Shown here in pieces: positions 29,772 through 38,963 of a stretch of 64,000 nt of DNA. Position 1 is the stretch's first letter. Each line of letters starts with the position of its first letter. This DNA comes from Bdellovibrionales bacterium (GTDB lineage: Bacteria; Bdellovibrionota; Bdellovibrionia; Bdellovibrionales; JAUICD01), in NCBI GenBank assembly GCA_965262715.1, contig OZ253553.1, forward strand, positions 288,001-352,000. The letters are read 5' to 3'. A program made the position numbers and the translations under genes. A model generated the notes under the pieces. The model searched no databases. It was not told where the DNA came from and saw nothing but the letters and a program-made list of their open reading frames with translations.

Positions 29772-31130
29772 TTAAATATTAATTTGCTCTAAACGCCAGC
29801 TTTTGTATTCTAGATTGTAATCCACAAGTTGATTGCGATTTAAACCTGTTCTACTTCCTAAGCGAGTATCACCACTTTCAAGCTCCATCAGATCAAATAA
29901 AACTTTTAAGTGTCCATATCGATCATAGCCTTCCATAACCACTCTTGCAGTCCCACCATTTTCTAAATCCAAAAGCTCATCTTCTAAGTCTTGTTTTCTC
30001 ATTTCAAATAATTCTAGCATTCCGCTGAAAAATAAATACTGTTCTTGGAGAGCTCCTGTAAGGTTTGTTTGAGTAGTTAATTCTCGGTACTCTTCTACAA
30101 AATCTCTAATTTCTATATAATCTTTTGCATAGTGATCTATAAGTATAGAAATCTCAGCATCTAGTCTTATATGTTCTAAGGTGCCGGCAGTGAGCTGTTC
30201 GAGTTGTTCCATTTTGTTTAGGATGGCATTTTGATACATGCCTTGCCTCATAGACCATCTATTGTTGATGACCTGTTGTCTTGAATTGCTTGTATATGCT
30301 ATAAGTCCTGTCCTTGCAGTCTCTCTTCGAGTTTTGTTATCTTTATAAATCTTATAATAATAACCTCCAGCGATAGAGGCAAAACCTGTTATTGTGGCTC
30401 CAGCGAATTTCCATTTATGCCTCATAACAAAAGCTATTCGATTTGATAAAACAGAAGCTACTTTTGTATTGGCAATCCATTTTGTAAATCTTGTTTGACT
30501 GAAAGAGAACCATCCTGCTTGAATTCCTTTTATCAGATAGCTTCCTATAAAACCGTCAAGAGTAAGCCCAGCTACTGTTCCTACCATTCCTCCTGCTTGA
30601 TCAGAACCTAAAACAGCTCGTTTCATAAAATCAGCAAAACCTTCTGGATTGGTTGAGTTGTGAGCTTTAGCACAATCCATAACACCATTTCGAAAATCTG
30701 TAGTATCAACAAGATATTGTGCATACATAGTGGTCAGAGCTAAAATATCTTTATGAGGGTCTTGGTTTTGCATACTTGATGGAAGTATCCCTAGGATATT
30801 CAATGTGGGTGGAAGAATCCCTAAAAAACTTAATGAAAGTCCTTTGCCCATGAAAGAACGGGTTATAAAAAGAAGCCATTCTCTACTTCCCTCTCTAAGT
30901 TCTACATCAGTAGATTGCAAGGAAGCAGTCCATGCTCTTATATCAGAACGAGCAGGGTGCGAGAAATGATATAAAAAGGCATAACAAATTGATGATCCCT
31001 TTCTATATGCAGTTGCTTCAATATAGTTTTTTAAGTCTTGATCTAATTCATTAGCTGCTAAGAGATTTGAAGGCAGTAAAAATGAACAGAATATTGCAAA
31101 GGTTATTATAATGGCTGATGCTTGTTTCAT
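29772..31130 (-). CDS. Secreted or membrane hypothetical protein
   Basis: Signal peptide and Gly-rich hydrophobic segments. Confidence 0.6.
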   Translation of the reverse strand: MKQASAIIITFAIFCSFLLPSNLLAANELDQDLKNYIEATAYRKGSSICYAFLYHFSHPARSDIRAWTASLQSTDVELREGSREWLLFITRSFMGKGLSLSFLGILPPTLNILGILPSSMQNQDPHKDILALTTMYAQYLVDTTDFRNGVMDCAKAHNSTNPEGFADFMKRAVLGSDQAGGMVGTVAGLTLDGFIGSYLIKGIQAGWFSFSQTRFTKWIANTKVASVLSNRIAFVMRHKWKFAGATITGFASIAGGYYYKIYKDNKTRRETARTGLIAYTSNSRQQVINNRWSMRQGMYQNAILNKMEQLEQLTAGTLEHIRLDAEISILIDHYAKDYIEIRDFVEEYRELTTQTNLTGALQEQYLFFSGMLELFEMRKQDLEDELLDLENGGTARVVMEGYDRYGHLKVLFDLMELESGDTRLGSRTGLNRNQLVDYNLEYKSWRLEQINI

Positions 31131-31195
31131 GTTTATGTTTCCAGTTTTAAAAATAATATAAGTGTTGAGGTTTAAGATAAGTAATTAGGATATAC

Positions 31196-31232
31196 AAAAA
31201 GACAAAGAAAGACCTAGCCTTTCTTTGTCTTG
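31196..31232 (-). terminator. Intrinsic terminator
   Basis: AAGACAAAGAAAG/CTTTCTTTGTCTT stem followed by a U-run on the minus strand. Confidence 0.7.
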
Positions 31233-31241
31233 TTATTCTTA

Positions 31242-32357
31242 TTAGAGAAGGTCTCTTAATGCTTCTGTGGCAACCCTGACATCTTCTTTTGCTGTGTTTA
31301 GCTCGTCTTGTGTTAAGATGATGGTGTTTGGATCTTCAGAAGCTTGAAGGCGTTCCATAAAGACAGGACCTAAAACAGCTCCTGCAATCAAAACAGGCAA
31401 TGCTACTTTTTGAGCTACAGCTTTAGCCGTACGCATTATTGCTGCATAAGTAGGATTTATCACCTTAGTTAAAGCGGACATTAATTGTCTTGGGTTTATT
31501 TTGAAAGGTCGCCCTAATTCTGTTCTAATATTGACCAAACGCCCACCAAAATAGACATCATCTGTAGTACTTATGAGTAATTCGTTTCCTTGTGGTGTTA
31601 TACGTATTGTTGAGTAGCCTCTCATATCATGATGCCTATTTGTCAATGCGTCGATAGGTTGACCACTTAATCCATAATAAGTAAGTCTTCTTGGTGTACG
31701 ACGATTATCTTTAAATCCTAGTCTCTGTTGAATCCTAATTTCAAGTTCGTGAGGTTGTCTAATTACACCAGGACCCTCTTGATATTGATATAACATATGG
31801 TTGCTCTGAGCATTGTGATTTACACCAACAATTGAAATATCATCTACTATTGTATTAGTTGTCCGTATTCCTTCTATTCCTTCAACTTCTGGTATAACTG
31901 CCAGCCCGTTTATGTTAAGTGAGTTATTACGTAACCGGTTTTGTATATGTTGTTGAGCAGTAAAAAAACCTGGAATAGGATGACGGATTGAACCATCAAA
32001 AGCATTAAGAGCTGTTGCTAAATCTTTTACTTCATCAAAGATAGATGCTGAATATTTTGCAGTCAATTGTTCAAGCTCAGATGCACTTTTAGCCAGTATA
32101 ATTCTTTCTAGAAACAATCCTATCCATAATAAATTACTTGCCATCTGTATCTGGATTTCACATTGTCCTTCATTGCAATCGGCTTGATCTAAAGCCTCTT
32201 CAAAAATAGAGAATTCTACTCTTTGAAGTTGAAAGTCTTCTACACCTAATCCTTCAGATGGCCTGTTAAAATTGTGTTTGGCAGAAGCAAAAAAAGGAGT
32301 AAAAGCCATCGAGAAAGCTAAAACTACACACATAAAACATAAACTTAAATTTTTCAT
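31242..32357 (-). CDS. Secreted hypothetical protein
   Basis: Signal peptide; AGGAG RBS. Confidence 0.65.
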   Translation of the reverse strand: MKNLSLCFMCVVLAFSMAFTPFFASAKHNFNRPSEGLGVEDFQLQRVEFSIFEEALDQADCNEGQCEIQIQMASNLLWIGLFLERIILAKSASELEQLTAKYSASIFDEVKDLATALNAFDGSIRHPIPGFFTAQQHIQNRLRNNSLNINGLAVIPEVEGIEGIRTTNTIVDDISIVGVNHNAQSNHMLYQYQEGPGVIRQPHELEIRIQQRLGFKDNRRTPRRLTYYGLSGQPIDALTNRHHDMRGYSTIRITPQGNELLISTTDDVYFGGRLVNIRTELGRPFKINPRQLMSALTKVINPTYAAIMRTAKAVAQKVALPVLIAGAVLGPVFMERLQASEDPNTIILTQDELNTAKEDVRVATEALRDLL

Positions 32358-32411
32358 AATAATAATCTCCTATAATAATAATTTGTAAATTCAATATAAT
32401 GGTTTAATTTA

Positions 32412-32429
32412 AAGCAAAAAGTATACCAA
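32412..32429 (-). promoter_or_regulatory. Putative sigma54 promoter
   Basis: TTGGTATACTTTTTGCTT = GG-N10-GC. Confidence 0.45.
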
Positions 32430-32708
32430 CATGAAAGCAGGCTAAGATGGAAAGAAGGCTTGGAAAAAAGAGTTTGATATAGTGGAACAGGTGACTTTTT
32501 TTGTCATAAAAGGCAAAACTCTGACAAAAATTGTAAAAAAATAGGTTTCTTTTTATCATCGATCTACTATTTTTAAGATGTCTTTTAGTTTGGTTCATGA
32601 CAACTTAAGCTGATTTTTATAGGGGTTAACTCATTGTTATAATTATGAAAGGCAGGTGTTTTGTCTGTTTCCAGTTTTCTTAAGGCGAGTTTTAGAGAAA
32701 TTAAGGGT

Positions 32709-32804
32709 TTAAGTGTTCTGGCATAACTTATAAAGATAAGTACCTAGCTTATCAGTTTCTTTTATGAAGTTATGATGACCAATGATATCTAATATAGCCT
32801 GAAC
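32709..32804 (-). pseudogene. 3' remnant of a second four-helix-bundle gene
   Basis: Translates VQAILDIIGHHNFIKETDKLGTYLYKLCQNT*, matching the C-terminus of 16066-16365. Confidence 0.9.
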
Positions 32805-32806
32805 TG

Positions 32807-32951
32807 GTTTCACTCAAGATGAATCTGCCTCTGGGAGTTTTTTGGCAATGACCCTGGCGGCTAATGCCCTCAGCAAATAGCTTATTGCCTAGAAAACATG
32901 TTTATTTTGAGTAAATAGATACTCTTCGTTTTTTATACCATGTTAGGGAAA
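32807..32951 (-). repeat. Structured element A, copy 5
   Basis: CCTCTGG, GGCAAT..ATTGCC and ATGTTAGGGAAA. Confidence 0.8.
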
Positions 32952-32973
32952 TCGGCTAAACTTATTTAAGTCT

Positions 32974-33052
32974 CATTGCCTTGAGGCCAGACTCGTGAGA
33001 CGAGTCTCTTCCCATTCTTATCATCAGTTTTTATCACTACTTATCTCTTTTG
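32974..33052 (-). repeat. Module C, copy 2
   Basis: Reverse complement similar to 16752-16830. Confidence 0.7.
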
Positions 33053-33135
33053 AATCTATATATAATGCTTGCAAATTGAACTTGAATGGTCATGCCGAAT
33101 CCCAGAATAAAGAAGGTTTAAGTTGTCATGAACCT

Positions 33136-33498
33136 TTAGTTTTTATTATCTATTAATTTTTCTATTTGTTGAACAGTATCAAAGATATCATCAAAGGGTT
33201 TAGTAAGACTCATATCAGCAAGCTTTGCTAAGGATTTAAAAGTGTGTTGATCTCCTGTATAGGCTGACATCACTGCAATTTTTGCTTTTGGCAGATCGTG
33301 TTTCATTCCTAATATCTGATTACCACTTAAATATGGCATGATAATATCTAACAACACAATATCAGGTTTTTCTTTCTTCCAAATATCTATTCCTTCTCTG
33401 CCGTCTTGGGCCATAAGAACTTTATGATTCTTTGATGTAAACACTCGGTTTAAGGCATGTCTTATGATTTTATCATCATCAATAATTAATATCTTCAA
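33136..33498 (-). CDS. Single-domain response regulator
   Basis: ILIIDDD, LLDIIMP, TKPF. Confidence 0.9.
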   Translation of the reverse strand: MKILIIDDDKIIRHALNRVFTSKNHKVLMAQDGREGIDIWKKEKPDIVLLDIIMPYLSGNQILGMKHDLPKAKIAVMSAYTGDQHTFKSLAKLADMSLTKPFDDIFDTVQQIEKLIDNKN

Positions 33499-33508
33499 AA
33501 TATGATCC

Positions 33509-35497
33509 TTATTCTTCTTGTGTGTTTTTATCAGGAGTTTTTACCGAGGGCAATCGGACGATAAATTGTGTCCCCTGTTGAAACTCTGTATTGTGAAAAA
33601 TCTCCCCATTGTATTTTTCTATAATATTTCTGCAAAGGTACAATCCTAAACCTGTTCCCTTACTTGCCATCTTTGTTGTTACAAATGGCAAAAATATTTG
33701 TTTTCTGATATCTTCTGGAATTCCTGGACCATTATCACTTACTCTTAATTCTACAAAATCAGATCCATTATGATTTATAACATTTGTTTCAATAGAAATT
33801 TCACCCTCTTCCTTGATGGCTTGACAGGAATTATTGATAAGATTAAAGACCACTTGTTGAATCAACTGCGATGAAACATTTACAAAAGATCCCTTTGAGT
33901 TAAGATGTATATCTAATTTGTGCAGCTGAGTGGCAGCTTTTAAAAAAGATAGGGTTTTTTGTACTAAATCATCAATCTCTACAGTATCTGGAGTTGTATG
34001 AGTCGCTGTGAACTCTAGTAGATTTTTAATAACATCCTGACACCTTTTTAAGGCTCTTTCAATTTCTATAATATCTTTATACAATTGTGAATGATTTTCA
34101 GCTTCTGCGGCAATGATCTGGGCCATTGCCCTCATCCCTGTTAAAGGATTATTGAGTTCATGAGTTATATTACCAGCTAAATGACCAAGAGCTGCCATTT
34201 TTTCATTTTGTATTACTTGTGAGTAAAGTTTTTTTGCATTTGTGATGTCCCTATAAATATAAACTTTATTTTCACTCATCTCTCCTAAGCCAGATTTTAA
34301 ATCCATAGGAAAACATCTTATCTCAAACAAGCGGTTGCCAATATTCATTTGATATGTAGATTTTTTTTGTATATGACTCATTTGCTTTTTAAAATCATTA
34401 AAATGCAGTTTTTGGAAACTTATATTGCATCTTAAAATACGATAGGAGTTATCAACTATGGCTATGGGATCAGAAATCACATCAAATGTTTTTTGCCATG
34501 TTTTAGCTATTGCCATCAATTCATTGTCATGAAAAATACGTTGAAAAGATATTTCTATACCTTGCATGTTTAATCTCATATATTGTTTGAAATCTTTAAG
34601 TTCATTTTCTTGAAAAACATGTTCAAAAAATAATGAGCCATGTTTTCCAAAAGGAATTTCAAGAAGTTGTCCTAAAGGTCTACCTAAAATATCAGCTAGG
34701 GTTTTGTGGATAAGCTGGTCCTTGTGTTTTTCTCTTGATAATCTTTGTTTTCTGATCATTCGACTTTGAAGATAATAAAAAGTAGGATCTTTTTTTAAAT
34801 GATTGACAATCAAAAGAGGGCCAATAATATGATGCCATCTTTTGTATTCATCTTTTAATGTGAGTAAATACTCTTCAAAGCCCGTTGCTATACTCAATTT
34901 TTGTACTAAATGTACTAATCTTTCTATTTTAAGTTTCTTTTTTTGAGCATCCAATTGAGCGGCTTTAATATGCTTCGTTCTGTCTTGGACTTTCTTTTCT
35001 AACTCTTGCATAGTTGTCTCTAAGTTTTTATTGATCAAAGTGATCTCTTCCACAATTTTGATTCTATTTATAGATAATGAGTACTTGTCTATGGATTTTT
35101 TGATCAAAGAAAGTATGTCTTTTATATCCCATTTGGAATTAAAGATACCTAAAACATTAACTTTATTCACACAGTTTATAATTTCTCGACATGTTAAGCT
35201 ATTAGCATATAAAAGGCACTTTGTGTCCGGATAGATGTTTTTCAAGTGAATTAAAAAATCTAAAAATGGGATATTTGACAAAGCGTTTCGGATGTTCTTT
35301 GAAGACTGCTGTACAATAACTGCTGCAAAATGTGATTGTGATATTTTGTGTTGAGCTGCTTTTAAATCTTCTGCATAGAAAACTTGTATTTGAGGGAACT
35401 GAGCCCCTATGGCAGGAATTAAATCTTTTTTTAAAAAAGATTGATCCTGCTTGTTATGAGTATTATTTAGACATATCAATAGATTAAGTTTTGTCAT
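33509..35497 (-). CDS. NtrB-type sensor histidine kinase with degenerate receiver and PAS-like domains
   Basis: HELNNPL, NLINNS, DNGPGI, GTGLGL. Confidence 0.9.
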   Translation of the reverse strand: MTKLNLLICLNNTHNKQDQSFLKKDLIPAIGAQFPQIQVFYAEDLKAAQHKISQSHFAAVIVQQSSKNIRNALSNIPFLDFLIHLKNIYPDTKCLLYANSLTCREIINCVNKVNVLGIFNSKWDIKDILSLIKKSIDKYSLSINRIKIVEEITLINKNLETTMQELEKKVQDRTKHIKAAQLDAQKKKLKIERLVHLVQKLSIATGFEEYLLTLKDEYKRWHHIIGPLLIVNHLKKDPTFYYLQSRMIRKQRLSREKHKDQLIHKTLADILGRPLGQLLEIPFGKHGSLFFEHVFQENELKDFKQYMRLNMQGIEISFQRIFHDNELMAIAKTWQKTFDVISDPIAIVDNSYRILRCNISFQKLHFNDFKKQMSHIQKKSTYQMNIGNRLFEIRCFPMDLKSGLGEMSENKVYIYRDITNAKKLYSQVIQNEKMAALGHLAGNITHELNNPLTGMRAMAQIIAAEAENHSQLYKDIIEIERALKRCQDVIKNLLEFTATHTTPDTVEIDDLVQKTLSFLKAATQLHKLDIHLNSKGSFVNVSSQLIQQVVFNLINNSCQAIKEEGEISIETNVINHNGSDFVELRVSDNGPGIPEDIRKQIFLPFVTTKMASKGTGLGLYLCRNIIEKYNGEIFHNTEFQQGTQFIVRLPSVKTPDKNTQEE

Positions 35498-35503
35498 TTA
35501 CAA

Positions 35504-37603
35504 TTATAAAAGAACTTTACGTGATAACTTGATGCGCCCTGTACGATCAATGTCTAAAACCTTAACATTGATTTTTTCTCCTTCTTTTATATAGTCTGTT
35601 ACATTCATGACTCTTTCATTTGCGATTTCAGATATGTGTAATAACCCTGTGGTGTTAGCTAAAATCTCTACAAAAGCGCCAAAATCTGTAACTTTAACAA
35701 CCTTGCCTTCATAAACCTTACCTAATTCTGGATCTGCAACAATACTTTTAATAATTTCTAAAGCACGTTTTCTATCTTCTAAATTTGAAGATATGATATT
35801 CACTGCACCGTCATCTGTAATGTCAATCTTAACACCTGTTGTGGCAATGATTTCCTTGATCTTACGACCACTAGGTCCTATAATATCTTTTATTTTGTCT
35901 GTATTGATCTTTAATGTCTCTATTCTAGGCGCGAATTCAGATAATTCGCTGCGAGGACGAGAGACGACTTCCTCCATCTTATCTAAAATTGTACTCCTGC
36001 CTTCTTTAGCTTGCATAAGAGATTTTTCAATTGTATCAAAATCAATATTATCTATCTTGATATCCATTTGAAGTGCTGTAATTCCATCCTTTGTTCCTGC
36101 TACTTTAAAATCCATGTCACCTAAATGATCTTCATCACCTAAAATATCTGATAAAATAGCTACTTGATTGTCTTCCTTAATAAGCCCCATAGCAATTCCA
36201 GCCACATTAGCTTTAACAGGAACTCCAGCGTCTAGGAGGGCTAGCATAGCAGAACACACTGTTCCCATAGAACTAGAACCATTTGACTCTAAGACTTCAC
36301 CGACAACTCTTATAATATAAGGGAATTTCTCTTCATCAGGTAAAATGGCAACAAGAGACCTCTCTGCTAAAAATCCATGACCAACTTCCCTACGACTCTG
36401 TCCTCCTATTCGTCCCGTCTCCCCTACACAAAAAGGAGGAAAGTTATAATGTAAGAGAAATCTCTTGCTTAAATTACCATGTAATGTATCAATGTTTTGA
36501 GCGTCATCAGATGTTCCCAGTGTGACTGTGCCTAAAACTTGAGTTTCTCCTCTTGTGAAAAGTCCTGATCCATGTGCTCTTGGTAAAAGCCCGACTTCAC
36601 ATTCAATATGACGTATTTGAGTATTGCTCCTTCCATCAATACGAATGCCTTTATTTAAAATTGTTGAACGTACTGTTTCGTATTTAAGGTTATCATAAAT
36701 AGCTTGTACCATTTTAGTATGTTCTTCTCTTGCTTTCTCAGAAAAGTTTTCAGGAAGTTCCTCAATAAACTTCTTGATGACTTCTGTTTTGATTGCTGAA
36801 AGTCTTTCGTATCTTTCTTGCTTTGCTTTGATCTTTAACCCTGAAGTTATCTGGTCTTTTGCAGCGTCTTTGACTCTTGTTTGAAGTGCTTTATCTACTT
36901 TTGGAGGAGTAAAGATTCGTTTTTCTTTGGCCACCTTTGATCGAATGTCTTCTTGAGCTTCTATAACAGGTAAAAAAGATTTATGCGCAAGCTTCAAAGC
37001 TTCTAAAACTTCACTTTCTGTAAGTAAATTAGCTTCTCCTTCTACCATTAAAAGTCCTTTCCTTGTTCCTGCAACTATCATGTTTATATCAGATTCTTTA
37101 ACTTGTGAGGGGTTTGGATTTAAGATTACTTCTTTATTCACTCTAGAAAGTTGTACAAAGCAAACAGGTCCCGCAAAAGGAATGTCACTGATATGAAGAG
37201 CTGCTGAAGAGGCTATACCCGCTAGAATATTGACAGGAAAAAGACCATCAAAGCTCAATACAGTTGTAATGATCTGTGTTTCATGGGCGTAACCTGATGG
37301 GAAAAGAGGACGTAAAGGGCGGTCAATCAACCGACAATTTAATATGGTTAATTCCGTTGGTCGTCCTTCTCTCTTAAAATAACCACCAGGAATCTTTCCA
37401 GAAGCATAAAGCCTCTCTTGATATTCCACTGTTAAAGGGAAGAAATCTAGTTGAGAGGTTTGTTTAGAAGAAACAACTGTTGCCAAAACAATGTTGTTTC
37501 CACATCTGGCCACTACAGCCCCATCTGCTTGTTTAGCCATCACTCCTGTTTCAAGAGTGATTGTATTTTGATCTACTTTACATTGAACTGTTGTCTTTTT
37601 CAT
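35504..37603 (-). CDS. pnp: Polyribonucleotide nucleotidyltransferase
   Basis: FFPLTV, ESNGSSSM, DHLGDMDFKVAG; KH and S1 domains. Confidence 0.97.
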   Translation of the reverse strand: MKKTTVQCKVDQNTITLETGVMAKQADGAVVARCGNNIVLATVVSSKQTSQLDFFPLTVEYQERLYASGKIPGGYFKREGRPTELTILNCRLIDRPLRPLFPSGYAHETQIITTVLSFDGLFPVNILAGIASSAALHISDIPFAGPVCFVQLSRVNKEVILNPNPSQVKESDINMIVAGTRKGLLMVEGEANLLTESEVLEALKLAHKSFLPVIEAQEDIRSKVAKEKRIFTPPKVDKALQTRVKDAAKDQITSGLKIKAKQERYERLSAIKTEVIKKFIEELPENFSEKAREEHTKMVQAIYDNLKYETVRSTILNKGIRIDGRSNTQIRHIECEVGLLPRAHGSGLFTRGETQVLGTVTLGTSDDAQNIDTLHGNLSKRFLLHYNFPPFCVGETGRIGGQSRREVGHGFLAERSLVAILPDEEKFPYIIRVVGEVLESNGSSSMGTVCSAMLALLDAGVPVKANVAGIAMGLIKEDNQVAILSDILGDEDHLGDMDFKVAGTKDGITALQMDIKIDNIDFDTIEKSLMQAKEGRSTILDKMEEVVSRPRSELSEFAPRIETLKINTDKIKDIIGPSGRKIKEIIATTGVKIDITDDGAVNIISSNLEDRKRALEIIKSIVADPELGKVYEGKVVKVTDFGAFVEILANTTGLLHISEIANERVMNVTDYIKEGEKINVKVLDIDRTGRIKLSRKVLL

Positions 37604-37647
37604 AAGTTACATCCTTTATTGTATTATTTTGTTAAAACACATTTATA

Positions 37648-37926
37648 TTATTTGCGAATATTAAGAGTAGTGATAAGTGACTTATATCTTTTAAAATCCT
37701 TTTGTTTTAAATAATCTAATGAACGTCGTCTCTTATTCACTAAATGGATTAAGCCTCTACGGCTGTGTCGATCTTTCTTATGAACTTTAAAGTGTTCAGT
37801 AAGGTGTTCGATCCAACGTGTTAATAAAGCAACCTGTACCTCCAAACGACCTGTGTCTAAAACACCAGAATCACTTGATTGAAACTTTTTAATAATTTCT
37901 AATTTTTCTTCTTTGTGTAATCCCAT
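37648..37926 (-). CDS. rpsO: 30S ribosomal protein S15
   Basis: DTG..EVQVALLT, HKKD.HSRRGL. Confidence 0.97.
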   Translation of the reverse strand: MGLHKEEKLEIIKKFQSSDSGVLDTGRLEVQVALLTRWIEHLTEHFKVHKKDRHSRRGLIHLVNKRRRSLDYLKQKDFKRYKSLITTLNIRK

Positions 37927-37961
37927 GAAATCTCCTATAAGTAAGATCTGAGTTAAAAAAA

Positions 37962-38963
37962 TTATCTATTAAAAACACAAGTTACTTTTATCTTATTTTT
38001 TATTGATTCATATTTAAGTAAGACAAGTAAGTTTCCTGTGTGAGCACTATACACCTTTACTCCTAGAGTATCTTGAGGCTGCTTATCCAGCAATTGCTTG
38101 ATTTCCCATTCCATTCCTTCAGGTACTCTGCCATGCATGATATATTTTTCCCAACGATCGCGAACTATGTATTTTGGCCAATGAGGTAAAACATCTTCTA
38201 ATGGAATAAAACCTGGCTTGTGCTTTTCAGACCAAGTGTTTAATGTCTCTAAATTAACAGCCTGTTGTAATTTATATGGGTCAGAAGCTGTCCTTTCTAA
38301 TTGACTGACAATACCTCCTACCTCTAAATACTCACCTATAGTATTTGCCCATGAACGAACAAAAGAACCTTTTGATGCGCGTAAGAAAGCTTTGAAATAA
38401 GGAAGACAGATCTCAGTGATTTGCAATTGATCAAAAGACATTGTTCTGTGTATCTCTGGAACTTTTGTTTTTTTGTCTTTAGCATTTTTTCTAGCATATT
38501 CATAAAGCTTTTTGCCTTTAAATTTAACTGCAGAGTAAGAGGGTACTTTAAAAGTAAGAGTGGTTGTGAATTTTTCAATAACTTGCTTAACTTTCTCACG
38601 AGATAAGTGGTTTATATTTCGCTCTTCTATAATCTGTCCATCACTATCCCACGTATCTGTTTTTATTCCTAATGTAACAGATACTTTGTAAGTTTTATGG
38701 ACATTAAGTAAGTAAGGAGAGAGCTTTGTACCTTGATTGATTAGAAGAACCATTAAACCAGATGATAAAGGATCAAGAGTGCCAGAGTGCCCTACCTTTT
38801 GAGTGCCCAATATATTACGTATTTTTTGAACAATATCATGACTAGTTAAGCCGCTTGGTTTGTTGATCAGGATAATGCCATTCTCTTTAAAAGCCAATCG
38901 CTTTTGATCGGCTATATAGCAGAAAGGTTGGTATGAATTATGAAAACTGTCTAGACTTTTCAT
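37962..38963 (-). CDS. truB: tRNA pseudouridine(55) synthase
   Basis: KVGHSGTLDP, YSAVK..GKKLYEYAR. Confidence 0.93.
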   Translation of the reverse strand: MKSLDSFHNSYQPFCYIADQKRLAFKENGIILINKPSGLTSHDIVQKIRNILGTQKVGHSGTLDPLSSGLMVLLINQGTKLSPYLLNVHKTYKVSVTLGIKTDTWDSDGQIIEERNINHLSREKVKQVIEKFTTTLTFKVPSYSAVKFKGKKLYEYARKNAKDKKTKVPEIHRTMSFDQLQITEICLPYFKAFLRASKGSFVRSWANTIGEYLEVGGIVSQLERTASDPYKLQQAVNLETLNTWSEKHKPGFIPLEDVLPHWPKYIVRDRWEKYIMHGRVPEGMEWEIKQLLDKQPQDTLGVKVYSAHTGNLLVLLKYESIKNKIKVTCVFNR